Source: Minisyncoccia bacterium (GTDB taxonomy: Bacteria; Patescibacteriota; Minisyncoccia; Phycocordibacterales; SBAW01). Taken from it: a stretch of DNA of 64,000 bases. The DNA lies in NCBI GenBank assembly GCA_049997855.1, contig JBEKSG010000004.1, forward strand, positions 2,607 to 66,606, in the 5' to 3' direction. The translations under genes were made by a program, and so were the position numbers. Below are positions 30,483 through 39,687 of this stretch, piece by piece (positions within the stretch are counted from its first letter, which is position 1; each line of letters begins with the position of its first letter). The notes under the pieces are model-generated. The model worked only from the letters and a program-made list of their open reading frames with translations, did no database searches and was not told the DNA's origin.

Positions 30483-30664
30483 TAGAACTACTGACCATAA
30501 AGGAGGTTGCGGAGTTGCTGAAGGTTTCTCAAACTTCAGTGCGACGCCTGCAGCAAGGGCGACATCTCCCATTCATCAAGGTTGGGGGTAGTGTCCGTTT
30601 TGATAAAAGCGACATTATTAATTTCCTAAAGGAACAGAGGGTTGAGGCAATCAGTAGATTTTGA
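30479..30664 (+). CDS. Excisionase-family / MerR-like HTH DNA-binding protein (possible recombination directionality factor)
   Basis: LTIKEVAELLKVSQTSVRRL helix-turn-helix typical of excisionase-family proteins; last gene before att-like inverted repeat. Confidence 0.55.
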   Translation: MIELLTIKEVAELLKVSQTSVRRLQQGRHLPFIKVGGSVRFDKSDIINFLKEQRVEAISRF

Positions 30665-30734
30665 GACTTGCCGGTCGTTGGGCTATTTATTAATTAAATA
30701 GCCAAAGAGCAGTACAGGAGCGGTCGGCAAGTCT
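30665..30734. mobile_element. Candidate att site: nested imperfect inverted repeat (outer arms AGACTTGCCGGTCG / CGGTCGGCAAGTCT 12/14; inner palindrome GGCTATTTATTAATTAAATAGCC)
   Basis: Read from sequence; ~50-bp imperfect dyads are typical of serine-integrase att sites; directly follows excisionase-like gene. Confidence 0.35.
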
Positions 30735-30761
30735 TAGAACCTTCTGAGAATGAGGCTCCCA

Positions 30762-30812
30762 AAAAGTGACACGGTTAAATGCCATTCCTGTGTCACTTTT
30801 GTAACTTTTTGG
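30762..30812 (+). terminator. Hairpin AAAAGTGACAC..GTGTCACTTTT followed by T-run
   Basis: Read from sequence. Confidence 0.35.
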
Positions 30813-30942
30813 TGCGCTCAAGTCGCGTCGATCGGGTAATGTAGAATATAGCTAAACCGCCTTGCAGGACTCGGCCGACCACGGTTCTAGCTCAAGTCGG
30901 CCAGCCAATGGATTTGATGGTGCAGTAGAGTAGAATGAATGT

Positions 30943-31251
30943 ATGGCTTGGTATCTGTATATAGCTAGCTTTTTTGCCGGAATTTTTTTAGCCAATGCAA
31001 TCCCGCATTTCATGCAGGGTGTTTCGGGGAATAGATTTCCCTCACCGTTTGCCAAACCACCCGGCAGGGGACTGTCATCTCCGATGGTCAACGTGGTGTG
31101 GGCACTGTTCAATTTCGTAGTCGGTTATCTGCTGTTACAGGTGGGGCAGGTACGCTCCGGCAACATGATGTCACTCGTCATTTTCTTTGTCGGTGCCGCT
31201 GCCATCAGCATCATGTCGAGCATCAACTTTCAAAAGAAAGAAAGAGAATGA
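30943..31251 (+). CDS. Small integral membrane protein (hypothetical)
   Basis: Three hydrophobic helices. Confidence 0.3.
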   Translation: MAWYLYIASFFAGIFLANAIPHFMQGVSGNRFPSPFAKPPGRGLSSPMVNVVWALFNFVVGYLLLQVGQVRSGNMMSLVIFFVGAAAISIMSSINFQKKERE

Positions 31252-31275
31252 TTGAGATAGCGGCTTCTTAAGTCT

Positions 31276-31632
31276 ATGACTGACCAACCACAAGCAACCG
31301 ACTATTTGGGGAAATCTGTTTTAGTTAAAATAGACCGACCTCTTCATTCAAAACATCCGAAGCATGGTTTTATATATGAGTTGAATTACGGATTTATTCC
31401 CGACACATGTTCCCCCGACGGTGAGGAACTCGACGCGTATGTGCTCAGTGTTACAGAGCCACTGGAAACTTTTACGGGCAAATGCATCGCAGTTATTCAT
31501 CGAACGAACGATGACGATGACAAATTGGTTGTCATTCCGGAAGATATAAAAAATATGACCGATGAGGATATCCGCGCCGCAACGAATTTTCAAGAACAGT
31601 TTTTTAAATCTGAAATAATACGACGCGCATAA
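31276..31632 (+). CDS. Inorganic pyrophosphatase-like protein (short)
   Basis: NYGFIPDT..DGEELDAYVL closely resembles family I PPase active-site segment (YGFIPQT..DGDPLDVLV). Confidence 0.45.
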   Translation: MTDQPQATDYLGKSVLVKIDRPLHSKHPKHGFIYELNYGFIPDTCSPDGEELDAYVLSVTEPLETFTGKCIAVIHRTNDDDDKLVVIPEDIKNMTDEDIRAATNFQEQFFKSEIIRRA

Positions 31633-31996
31633 ACTTTTCGTCCCACAGTTTCTCGTTGGCTCGATTCATCTCCTTAAAACTTCCCAAAACTCCAAAAGAG
31701 CGTCCTGTAGACAACCCCCTTCGCAAGCCTCTATATCTAAGCTAAGGTGTTGGACGGTACCAAATTAGGCGGTATCATGGTTCTGTACAACTGAATAGGG
31801 CTAAGGACCTACCCCGGCGAGTTTTTCTCTCCGGCAAGGTCGAAAATCGTAAGTCACAGAAAACCCGTTATCAGGGCGTGACTTACGTTATCAGGGGAAA
31901 CTCTGATAGGGCCGCAAGGCCTCCTGGTAGCGGGCTTTGTGTTTTCCAAAGTCCATACTACCGGAGGCGATTATTAGTTTTTAGTAACCGCACTAT

Positions 31997-32899
31997 ATGG
32001 ACATACAAGAGGTCGCGAAGAAAAAGATGTTCTATAAACGCTGGTGGTTTTGGGTCGGTATTGTTATCGTCCTGCTCTTAATAATAAGTATCGCCGCAAG
32101 CTCCGGCTCTCCAACCGCCAGCAGCTCTGACATAACGAGCGCGTGCAATGGGTTCTCTCCCGACGCCACCCAGCCGATTGATTACAAGGAACTCAGCAAG
32201 AATCCCGACTCTTTCAAATCCGACCGATCTACGTTTACCGGCCAGATTCTGCAAATTCAAGAATCAGGCGGCGTTGGGTATATGCGCCTCGCGGTCGACA
32301 GAGACCAGTTCGGCTGGAATTTCAGCGACATCATCTTGGTTGATTACCAAGGTCACACCGACGCCGTCCAGAACGACGTCATGACTGTCGGCGGCACTAT
32401 GGAGGGCAGCCAAACTTACACCTCACAAGCGAACTTTCAAATCACTCTGCCTCTCATGTACGCTTGCTCAATTACAGAAGCCTCTTCTACTGCAAACGCA
32501 GCATCGACCCAAACCAAAACTGCCGCCGCCCCCACTCCGTCTGCTCCCCAGCAGACTCACAGCACCCAAAGCAGCGCGACGGTAAACAATAGCGGCACCG
32601 TCACTTCGCCACCCGCGCCGCCGGCCTCGTGGCACACAGTTACAACCTTCAGCGGCCAGACGCAGAAGAATACACCTCCATTTACCATCAAGGGATCGCA
32701 GTGGCGCATCACCTGGCAAGAGACGGGCGACGGCTACTTTGGCGCGGATACCCAAAGCCCTGATGGCAGCAACTATTGTTCCATCGCAAATCTCGCCGGT
32801 CCAGGTTCCGACTCTACTTACTGCTACACGCCGGGCACGTATTACATTTCGGTCAACACGGCTAATTCTTGGACGATGACCGTGGAGGACTACTACTAA
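31997..32899 (+). CDS. Membrane-anchored/secreted protein with Ser/Thr/Ala-rich linker (hypothetical)
   Basis: N-terminal TM helix, low-complexity linker, C-terminal beta-rich domain. Confidence 0.35.
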   Translation: MDIQEVAKKKMFYKRWWFWVGIVIVLLLIISIAASSGSPTASSSDITSACNGFSPDATQPIDYKELSKNPDSFKSDRSTFTGQILQIQESGGVGYMRLAVDRDQFGWNFSDIILVDYQGHTDAVQNDVMTVGGTMEGSQTYTSQANFQITLPLMYACSITEASSTANAASTQTKTAAAPTPSAPQQTHSTQSSATVNNSGTVTSPPAPPASWHTVTTFSGQTQKNTPPFTIKGSQWRITWQETGDGYFGADTQSPDGSNYCSIANLAGPGSDSTYCYTPGTYYISVNTANSWTMTVEDYY

Positions 32900-34743
32900 T
32901 ACCTCCGCATCATTTTGTTGAAGACATCCCGCTCCTCGTTTTTGATCCGTTCCCTCGCTATCCTATCCGCCTCCCGGTGCCGCTCGAGCAATGCGCGTGC
33001 GGGATCCCAGCCGCTGCGCGGCACTTCTTGTTTGCCGATGATCTCGAGGTCGGCTTCGTGCTCATTCATGGGGCCCTCCGGCGGCGGAGTATACGTTCCC
33101 GACGGCACCACGAATTTAGTCCTCGTGTATTCCCGCATCTCCGAATAGGCAAACCACAGCGCCATCAGCGAGTCGCCGGAGTGCCCGTCGGGGAAGGCCC
33201 GCATCTCGTTTACTAACTGGGTAACAAGTCGAAGCGTCCGCGCGTCCTTTGTATTGTATGGAAGAATAAACTTGCCCTGCGCCAAGGCGATCGCCAAACT
33301 GTTCACTCCGATGTCCGGGTCGTGTTTCTCCGCGCCCGTTTTGTAGCCTCGTACGGGAATGTTGTAATCGCCGAGGTCGAGCACCAGCGATTCTTGAAAC
33401 GCGACCGATTCGACCCGTATGCCCACAGGCTCCACTGCGGCGTCGTGTTTCAACACTATGTCTATGGTTTCCTTGGGAGCGAACTTTCCGCGCACGATAT
33501 TGCGTAAGACGAGGTCTCCTCTCTTGAATTCACCTCCGTCATATTTGATCCGGTCGATGCTGAGCAAGACGGTATCGTCGGAGGAATCTTTGAGAGAGAT
33601 AGCCAAGTCGAGTCCCGATGCCGTACACTCGGTCTCGTACTCCGTGCGGAGAGCGTCCTGCAACGTTAAATCTCTACCTTTGTGGAGAGCCTTCTCGATA
33701 TCCGCCTCGGAAAACTTTTGATTCGGCCGCGATGAGGGGTCGCACTGGAACATGCGCGCGAATGAGTAGGGGTTGGCAATCCGTCTGAGATACAGGTCGG
33801 CATAAGGGAACCGCTCAGGCCACAGCACCTCCACCCCCTTCTCCATCTCAACTTTATGTTCGGCATAGAAGGCGTTCGACCTGGACCGCTTTTCCTCCGG
33901 CGGCAAGCTTTCGTCGAGGTGAATGTTCGCCCACTGCTCCCACAGGTCCTGCCGCGTCGCCTCATGGAGAATGGCGGCCGTGCGCCTGCGGACATCGAAT
34001 TGAGGATCTTTGAGCAAGTTGTTCATAAGGTCGTCCATATGCCACACGTTGCCCATGTAGATGAACCGCCCGCCTGGTACAAGAATCGGCATAAGCGTGG
34101 TGTATACCCAGTCCTTTATTTTCTTGCGCTGTTCTTCGGTTGCGCTGTTTTCCTGATTAACTATGTCGTCGCAGATGATGATGTCGGCGCGTTTGGAGAT
34201 GAGCGGCCCAAAGAGGCCGGTCGCGACAATGGTCGCATCCTTGAGCCGGTAATCGTCGCGTTCAATGACAATTGAGTCGGTGCCCCAGCGTTCCTCTCGC
34301 TTCTGCCGCATCTTGAGCTTAGGTGTTACCCCTTTCTTCGTCGGGTCGATGGTCTGTCCCCACAGCCGGTACTTCGTATTGCGCTCGATGTGCCCGGTGA
34401 TTTCTCTCATGAACATGCGCGTCACGTCGGCGGTGCTCGACACCAAAAGAATCCGCACATTGTGGTTGCGGGCTATCTCCCACAATGCATACGCCACCGA
34501 GAGGTGTGTCGACTTGCCGAACCCACGCGGCAGGGCGATGGCGAGCTTGCGATTGAGCTGGTTAGAGAGCGTATCGTCAAGCTCATTGTGAAAGGGCGCA
34601 TTATCGAGCCCTATTATCTCCGCGATAAACATGCGGAAGTTGTCTGCCGACAAGGCACACATGACCGCCAGCTCACTGAGCCGCCCATTGTTTTCCTTAC
34701 TTTCCTTATTCTTTTTCATGGTTGTCAGACTTAGGTTGATCAT
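32896..34743 (-). CDS. Phage terminase large subunit
   Basis: Walker A-like LPRGFGKST, Walker B ADIIICDDI, C-terminal RNaseH-like nuclease region; 615 aa. Confidence 0.7.
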   Translation of the reverse strand: MINLSLTTMKKNKESKENNGRLSELAVMCALSADNFRMFIAEIIGLDNAPFHNELDDTLSNQLNRKLAIALPRGFGKSTHLSVAYALWEIARNHNVRILLVSSTADVTRMFMREITGHIERNTKYRLWGQTIDPTKKGVTPKLKMRQKREERWGTDSIVIERDDYRLKDATIVATGLFGPLISKRADIIICDDIVNQENSATEEQRKKIKDWVYTTLMPILVPGGRFIYMGNVWHMDDLMNNLLKDPQFDVRRRTAAILHEATRQDLWEQWANIHLDESLPPEEKRSRSNAFYAEHKVEMEKGVEVLWPERFPYADLYLRRIANPYSFARMFQCDPSSRPNQKFSEADIEKALHKGRDLTLQDALRTEYETECTASGLDLAISLKDSSDDTVLLSIDRIKYDGGEFKRGDLVLRNIVRGKFAPKETIDIVLKHDAAVEPVGIRVESVAFQESLVLDLGDYNIPVRGYKTGAEKHDPDIGVNSLAIALAQGKFILPYNTKDARTLRLVTQLVNEMRAFPDGHSGDSLMALWFAYSEMREYTRTKFVVPSGTYTPPPEGPMNEHEADLEIIGKQEVPRSGWDPARALLERHREADRIARERIKNEERDVFNKMMRRY

Positions 34744-35137
34744 TGTTCAAGAAAGGTTCGATGAGTTTCTTGGTCTCGGGCTTGAGTTCGCCGAACACTT
34801 CAAGAAAAAGGTTCTCATCACTATCCTGCGCTATGGCAAAGCCCGAATCGAACATGCGCTGGCGGTAATTGGTGTGATTGTTTTTGAGCCAGAAGATGAC
34901 CGCCGTGTAATTCGCGTTCTTGATGCCCGCGAGCAGCTGCGACTCGGCGGCGTCGTTTACGACGGCGATTCCTTCTGTCAGCGCTTTGTTTACTGCCTTG
35001 GCAAACTCGGGGTCATCTTCCTTCCAGCGGTAGAGCGAGGCGCGGCTGACGCCGACTTTTTCGCAGGCAATCTGGATGATGGGCGTTCTCTGCAGCTGCT
35101 CCAGCAACAGCTCTTTCATGCGCTTATTTCGCTTCAT
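34706..35137 (-). CDS. Phage terminase small subunit-like HTH protein
   Basis: HTH (IACEKVGVSRASLYRW), immediately upstream of and overlapping terminase large subunit. Confidence 0.45.
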   Translation of the reverse strand: MKRNKRMKELLLEQLQRTPIIQIACEKVGVSRASLYRWKEDDPEFAKAVNKALTEGIAVVNDAAESQLLAGIKNANYTAVIFWLKNNHTNYRQRMFDSGFAIAQDSDENLFLEVFGELKPETKKLIEPFLNNDQPKSDNHEKE

Positions 35138-35912
35138 ATATGATTTTCGCTTGCTTGCCGGTTAATTTCTCCCACCGTTCGACTGCGATGAGAACGTACT
35201 CCAAGTCCAGCTCGACTCCGAAGCACCGCCGTTTCGTCTGCTCCGCCGCCAGCAGGGTCGTGCCGCTGCCGAGGAAGCCGTCGTAGACCGTGTCGCCGAT
35301 GTCGGTTGAGTTGAGGATGAGGCGGCGGATGAGACCGATAGGTTTGGTCGTCGGATGCATCTTGCTTTTGGTCGGGCGGGGATAGAACAGCACCGACTTG
35401 TCCTTCGACCGGCGAAACTTATGGACTCCGTGCCAGCCGTAAAGGATGAGTTCATGCGCGGGCGCGTAATCGAGCCGCCCGACCACCGCCTGCGACTTCA
35501 CCCATACCAGCAACTGTGCGACTTTGAAATCTGCTTCCAGCATTCCTTCCCGCAACGCCCACACCATCTTGTCGGCGTTGAAGATGTAGGCGGCGTTGCG
35601 CCGGGCAAGAAAGGGAGTGACCGCCTCAAGCCACTCGCGTGTGAACTTTCGATACTCCGCGTCCGACTGCAAGTGGTCGTTGGCAACCGCCTTGTCTTTA
35701 GAGAGCGTCTTGAAGCCGCGCTTGGATTCGGCTACCGCCACGCCGTACGGCACGTCACAACACAGCAGATTGACGTGGGTATCTCCAATGAGCCTCTCAA
35801 GCAGCTTTTTGTCCCGTGCGTCGCCATATGCGAGGCGATGCTCGTCGAGTTGCCAGATGGTCCCGGGCTTAATTAAGTTTTTTTGCTTTGATTCCGGTTG
35901 CTTGTTCATATC
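35124..35912 (-). CDS. DNA N6/N4 methyltransferase (start at MNKQPESK..; listed longer ORF is over-extended)
   Basis: Motif IV DVPY (LLCCDVPYG), C-terminal FxGSGTT AdoMet motif typical of pfam N6_N4_Mtase. Confidence 0.65.
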   Translation of the reverse strand, partial: DMNKQPESKQKNLIKPGTIWQLDEHRLAYGDARDKKLLERLIGDTHVNLLCCDVPYGVAVAESKRGFKTLSKDKAVANDHLQSDAEYRKFTREWLEAVTPFLARRNAAYIFNADKMVWALREGMLEADFKVAQLLVWVKSQAVVGRLDYAPAHELILYGWHGVHKFRRSKDKSVLFYPRPTKSKMHPTTKPIGLIRRLILNSTDIGDTVYDGFLGSGTTLLAAEQTKRRCFGVELDLEYVLIAVERWEKLTGKQAKIIYEAK

Positions 35913-37149
35913 GTTTGATGATGAGATCCGCGAAGATAAGATTAAATTCCAAGGTGAAGCACACGCGTTTGAGCGCGTCGCAGGCAAGCAGCGTCGACCC
36001 GCTGCCGCCGAATAAATCAAGGACTGTACCTCCCGGCCGCGTGCACCGCTTGAGCGGCCGCTCGTGGAGGGTGAGGGGTTTTTGCGTAGGATGTTCGTAC
36101 TCAACTCCCGCAACGCGCTTGGCGAGCCATATGTCCATCGAGTCTTTGATATCGTCCATCAATTTATTACCCGAAGGTCCCAACTCCTTGTTGAGCACTT
36201 CGGCAAAGTTAAGGCCGACCGGGAAGATGTACGGACCCCCGCGCGTCGCATACACGCACGGCTCGTAACATTTATTAAACGCGACGTTGGGAGTCGGATT
36301 CGCCGCACCTTTTATCCACAGACACACCCGCCTGTTTTGCAGGCCAAGCTCGGCGAACAACCCCTGCACCATGCCGATGTATTTTTGGTCGGCCCAATAG
36401 AAGGTATGGCAGTCGGGTTTCGTTACCGCGAGAGCGTTCTCCATCGAGGTATGCAGAAACGCGCGGTATTCCTCGTCCGACTGCGTGTCGTCAACTACGC
36501 CGCCATAGTGCGCTTTGCCGCTGACTCCCTTGTCGTAATCGAGCGAGATATTGTACGGCGGGTCGCAGTAAATCATGTCGATTTGCGTCTTGCCGACCAG
36601 CCGCTTCACCGCCGCCGAATCGAGAGCGTCTCCCACCAATAGTCGGTGCGGTCCGAGCGCGTAGAGGTCCCCGAGTTTTGATTTCGGTTCTACACTTTTG
36701 GCGAGTTCCGCCTCGACATCAAACTCATCGTCACTTACCTCAAGCGCGTCGGCAAAAATGACCGACAAATCGTTGTCGTCAAACCCCGAGGCGAGCATGG
36801 TGTCGAGATCGAAGTACTGCCCGAGCACTCCATAGTCCCAATCGCCATGGATGCGATTACTTGAGAGGAGGTATTGCTCGTACTCTTGTTTGGTTAATTT
36901 TCTGCTGGGCACACGCACGGGGATTTCTTCTTCGCCGCGCCCAAGCAGTTGGAGCGCGAGCAGGCGTTGATGCCCGGCGATTATTTTGTCGTCCGCATCG
37001 ATGACCGGCAGCTCGACGATGTCGAACTTGCGGAGACTCTTTTTGAGGTCCTCCATTTGTTTGGGGGACATAACACGGGGATTCTTGGGGTTGGGGACGA
37101 GCACGGAGACTTTGCGGGTCTCGGTGCGCCATTGGAGCTTTTGAGCCAT
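35869..37149 (-). CDS. ParB-like nuclease domain / DNA N6-N4 methyltransferase fusion
   Basis: N-terminal ParB-like motif, motif IV DPPY (IYCDPPYN), C-terminal FGGSGST. Confidence 0.75.
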   Translation of the reverse strand: MAQKLQWRTETRKVSVLVPNPKNPRVMSPKQMEDLKKSLRKFDIVELPVIDADDKIIAGHQRLLALQLLGRGEEEIPVRVPSRKLTKQEYEQYLLSSNRIHGDWDYGVLGQYFDLDTMLASGFDDNDLSVIFADALEVSDDEFDVEAELAKSVEPKSKLGDLYALGPHRLLVGDALDSAAVKRLVGKTQIDMIYCDPPYNISLDYDKGVSGKAHYGGVVDDTQSDEEYRAFLHTSMENALAVTKPDCHTFYWADQKYIGMVQGLFAELGLQNRRVCLWIKGAANPTPNVAFNKCYEPCVYATRGGPYIFPVGLNFAEVLNKELGPSGNKLMDDIKDSMDIWLAKRVAGVEYEHPTQKPLTLHERPLKRCTRPGGTVLDLFGGSGSTLLACDALKRVCFTLEFNLIFADLIIKRYEQATGIKAKKLN

Positions 37150-37279
37150 ATATGTAATAGGTTAACGAATAATGGAGGCTACTATCGGCCTCTATATACA
37201 CTGCCCATAGGAAAAGGAGATTTTGTGACATATATGAAAAACCGCCCTTTTAGGACGGTCGTGTCAGGCGCACACGCTG

Positions 37280-38257
37280 CTATTTCTCGAGCAATTTCTT
37301 CAATTTCTTCAAGGCGCGGCTTTTCGCTTGGCGTGCGGCCACACCCAGTTTCTTTCCTTGTCCCGCATTCTCGATAGCGGCCCGTTCTGCGGGCGGCAAT
37401 TCTGCCAAAGCTTTATACAAAAGCTCTTGCCGCTCGTCGCGCAGCAGCGCTTCGGGAAGTGTGGAATAGTCAGCGAGATATTTCTCCGCGCTCAATGCTT
37501 CTTCCGTGCTCATGTCGTCCAGCGAAATATTTCCCCCTTTATTCTCAAGCGTAGGCCTCGAGCCATTTATGCGTTTGCCGTAGCGGTAGTCATCATTGCG
37601 TTTATATAACCGCTTCGGGGCTTCCGTCGCAAGCAAGGGCTTGCCGTCGCGGGGGCGCATCTTTCGCGTTTCTTCGACAGCCAACTTTAGATCTCCGAAC
37701 GCGCCAATGTACGCCAGCTTGTTGAACTGTAGTTTGAACCGCGAGCGGAGCGTAAGGAACAAATGCATGAGATCCAATGTCACAGCATCGCTGGCGTCAG
37801 TCTGCTTTGCGAGTAGCGCTCCGGTCGCGATAATCTTCGAGCGTGTTTTTTCAAGTTCGCGCATCCTGGACTGGCAGTCCTCAAGCATCCCCTTGGTTAT
37901 CGGAGGCGTATGCGCCGCCAAATCGGCCATGGCCGCATCGTCCAGCTCTTCATCCGTTTCCTCCCACAGATAACTGCGCTGCACACCGTTGCGGCTGGGC
38001 GTGTAAAATACCTTCGCCAGCATGGAGAAGCCTACTAGCATATCGGGATCGAGGCGTTTGTCTTCTATCGATGATAGGAAGTACTGTAGGCCGAGGTAGT
38101 GGGCATAGACTCCGTCTAGGTAAGTCAGCCCCGGGTGTTCGACACACCTTCGCCCGTATTCTTCAAGCTCGCGCTGGGCGGATGGGCTATTGGTTTCTGC
38201 CTCATAGCGCTCGAGCGCTTGCTCAAGAGAGGTACTTGCTGGCTTAGTACTTGGCAT
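37280..38257 (-). CDS. Sigma-70 region-4-containing protein (phage/ECF-like sigma factor candidate)
   Basis: C-terminal LAELPPAERAAIEN..KLGVAARQAKSRALKKLK matches sigma-70 region 4 HTH. Confidence 0.4.
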   Translation of the reverse strand: MPSTKPASTSLEQALERYEAETNSPSAQRELEEYGRRCVEHPGLTYLDGVYAHYLGLQYFLSSIEDKRLDPDMLVGFSMLAKVFYTPSRNGVQRSYLWEETDEELDDAAMADLAAHTPPITKGMLEDCQSRMRELEKTRSKIIATGALLAKQTDASDAVTLDLMHLFLTLRSRFKLQFNKLAYIGAFGDLKLAVEETRKMRPRDGKPLLATEAPKRLYKRNDDYRYGKRINGSRPTLENKGGNISLDDMSTEEALSAEKYLADYSTLPEALLRDERQELLYKALAELPPAERAAIENAGQGKKLGVAARQAKSRALKKLKKLLEK

Positions 38258-38891
38258 ATATTTAATTATATCAAAAAACCTTAGTTTCTTTGCGCTTTCC
38301 GCCGATTGTGAGACAGCCGAGAAAAAACCGCCGCTCCCTTTTTATAGCGTCTTTATTTTCTCACTTTACGCAGCAGAGCCGTATTTTAGTCAAAAGTGCG
38401 ACAGAAAGTTCGCCAGTTTGGAAAATTAGTCCGCGACTCCGGTGCCTTCGCGCGGCAGCAAAGTATGTTTTTGTTCAGTACCATACCGCCACTCCTCTTA
38501 ACCACCCAACATTTGTCGAAAAGCGCCAAAGTGGCTTGCAACCGACCCATTCCGACAGGCATCAGTCAGGCATACCATATATAGGTACAAGAACCCTTAT
38601 GGTGCTTGCGGGGTAGGGTACGGTACCGCCCAGGGACACAGCGTTGTGAGAGGGTGTTTTCAGACCGTCAGGCCTCAAAACCCGCACAAAAGTAGTACCA
38701 TACCGCCGCCCCTATTCGGCCAATAAATCTCTTAAATCCAGGAAAGGTTTTTTTGGTCTGTAATGTTTAGAACGTACTTTGGAGCGCAAGTCCTGTTCTC
38801 GATTAAATAGATATTTGGTGTCCTTGTCGTGAAATAACGAGTAAAAGTCTGGGAACAGACACAAATCATTAAAGGGTTATACTCATAAGGT

Positions 38892-39677
38892 ATGATCCAG
38901 GTGACTAACCTTAGCAAAAGATATGGCGATCAAGTGGCCGTGGATGATATTACTTTTACGGTAAATGATGGGGAGGTGTTTGCGTTTCTTGGTCCCAACG
39001 GCGCAGGCAAGACCACCACTGTCAAAATGCTCACAACCCTTCTTCGTCCAACTACGGGGAAGGTTAGGCTCGACAATATTGATCCTGTGCGCGAACCGGA
39101 ACTGGCGCGTCGACAGTTTGGCATCGTGTTTCAGGATCCAAGCGTTGATGACGACTTAACCGCCTGGGAAAACATGGAGTTGCACGGGGTGCTGTATGAC
39201 GTTCCGGATGCGGTACGGCGGGAGCGAAGCGAGGAGCTTTTAAAAGCTGTCGATCTGTGGGACCGGAGAGACAGCGTGGTTAAATCATTTTCCGGAGGGA
39301 TGAAACGCCGGCTCGAAATAGCCCGGGGACTTTTGCACGATCCCAAGATACTTTTTCTTGACGAGCCGACGACAGGGCTCGATCCCCAGACGAGAAATCT
39401 TTTATGGGAACGTCTCCAGAAGCTCAATCAAAGCGAGGGTATGACTATTTTTCTCACCACTCACTATATGGAAGAAGCCGAAAAGATGGCAACCCGCATT
39501 GCCATCATCGACCACGGTAAAATAATTGCCACGGGATCATCGAGCGACCTCAAGGCTCAAACGGGAACCGCTTCTCTCGAGGAAGCGTTTCTTGCGCTGA
39601 CGGGCAAGAATATCCGCGACGAAGACGCCGACTCCGCTGGCCGCATGAGAGCGATGGGGCGTCTGCACGGAAGATAA
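38892..39677 (+). CDS. ABC transporter ATP-binding protein
   Basis: Walker A GPNGAGKTT, ABC signature SGGMKRRL, Walker B LFLDEPT. Confidence 0.9.
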   Translation: MIQVTNLSKRYGDQVAVDDITFTVNDGEVFAFLGPNGAGKTTTVKMLTTLLRPTTGKVRLDNIDPVREPELARRQFGIVFQDPSVDDDLTAWENMELHGVLYDVPDAVRRERSEELLKAVDLWDRRDSVVKSFSGGMKRRLEIARGLLHDPKILFLDEPTTGLDPQTRNLLWERLQKLNQSEGMTIFLTTHYMEEAEKMATRIAIIDHGKIIATGSSSDLKAQTGTASLEEAFLALTGKNIRDEDADSAGRMRAMGRLHGR

Positions 39678-39687
39678 TCCACATCAC

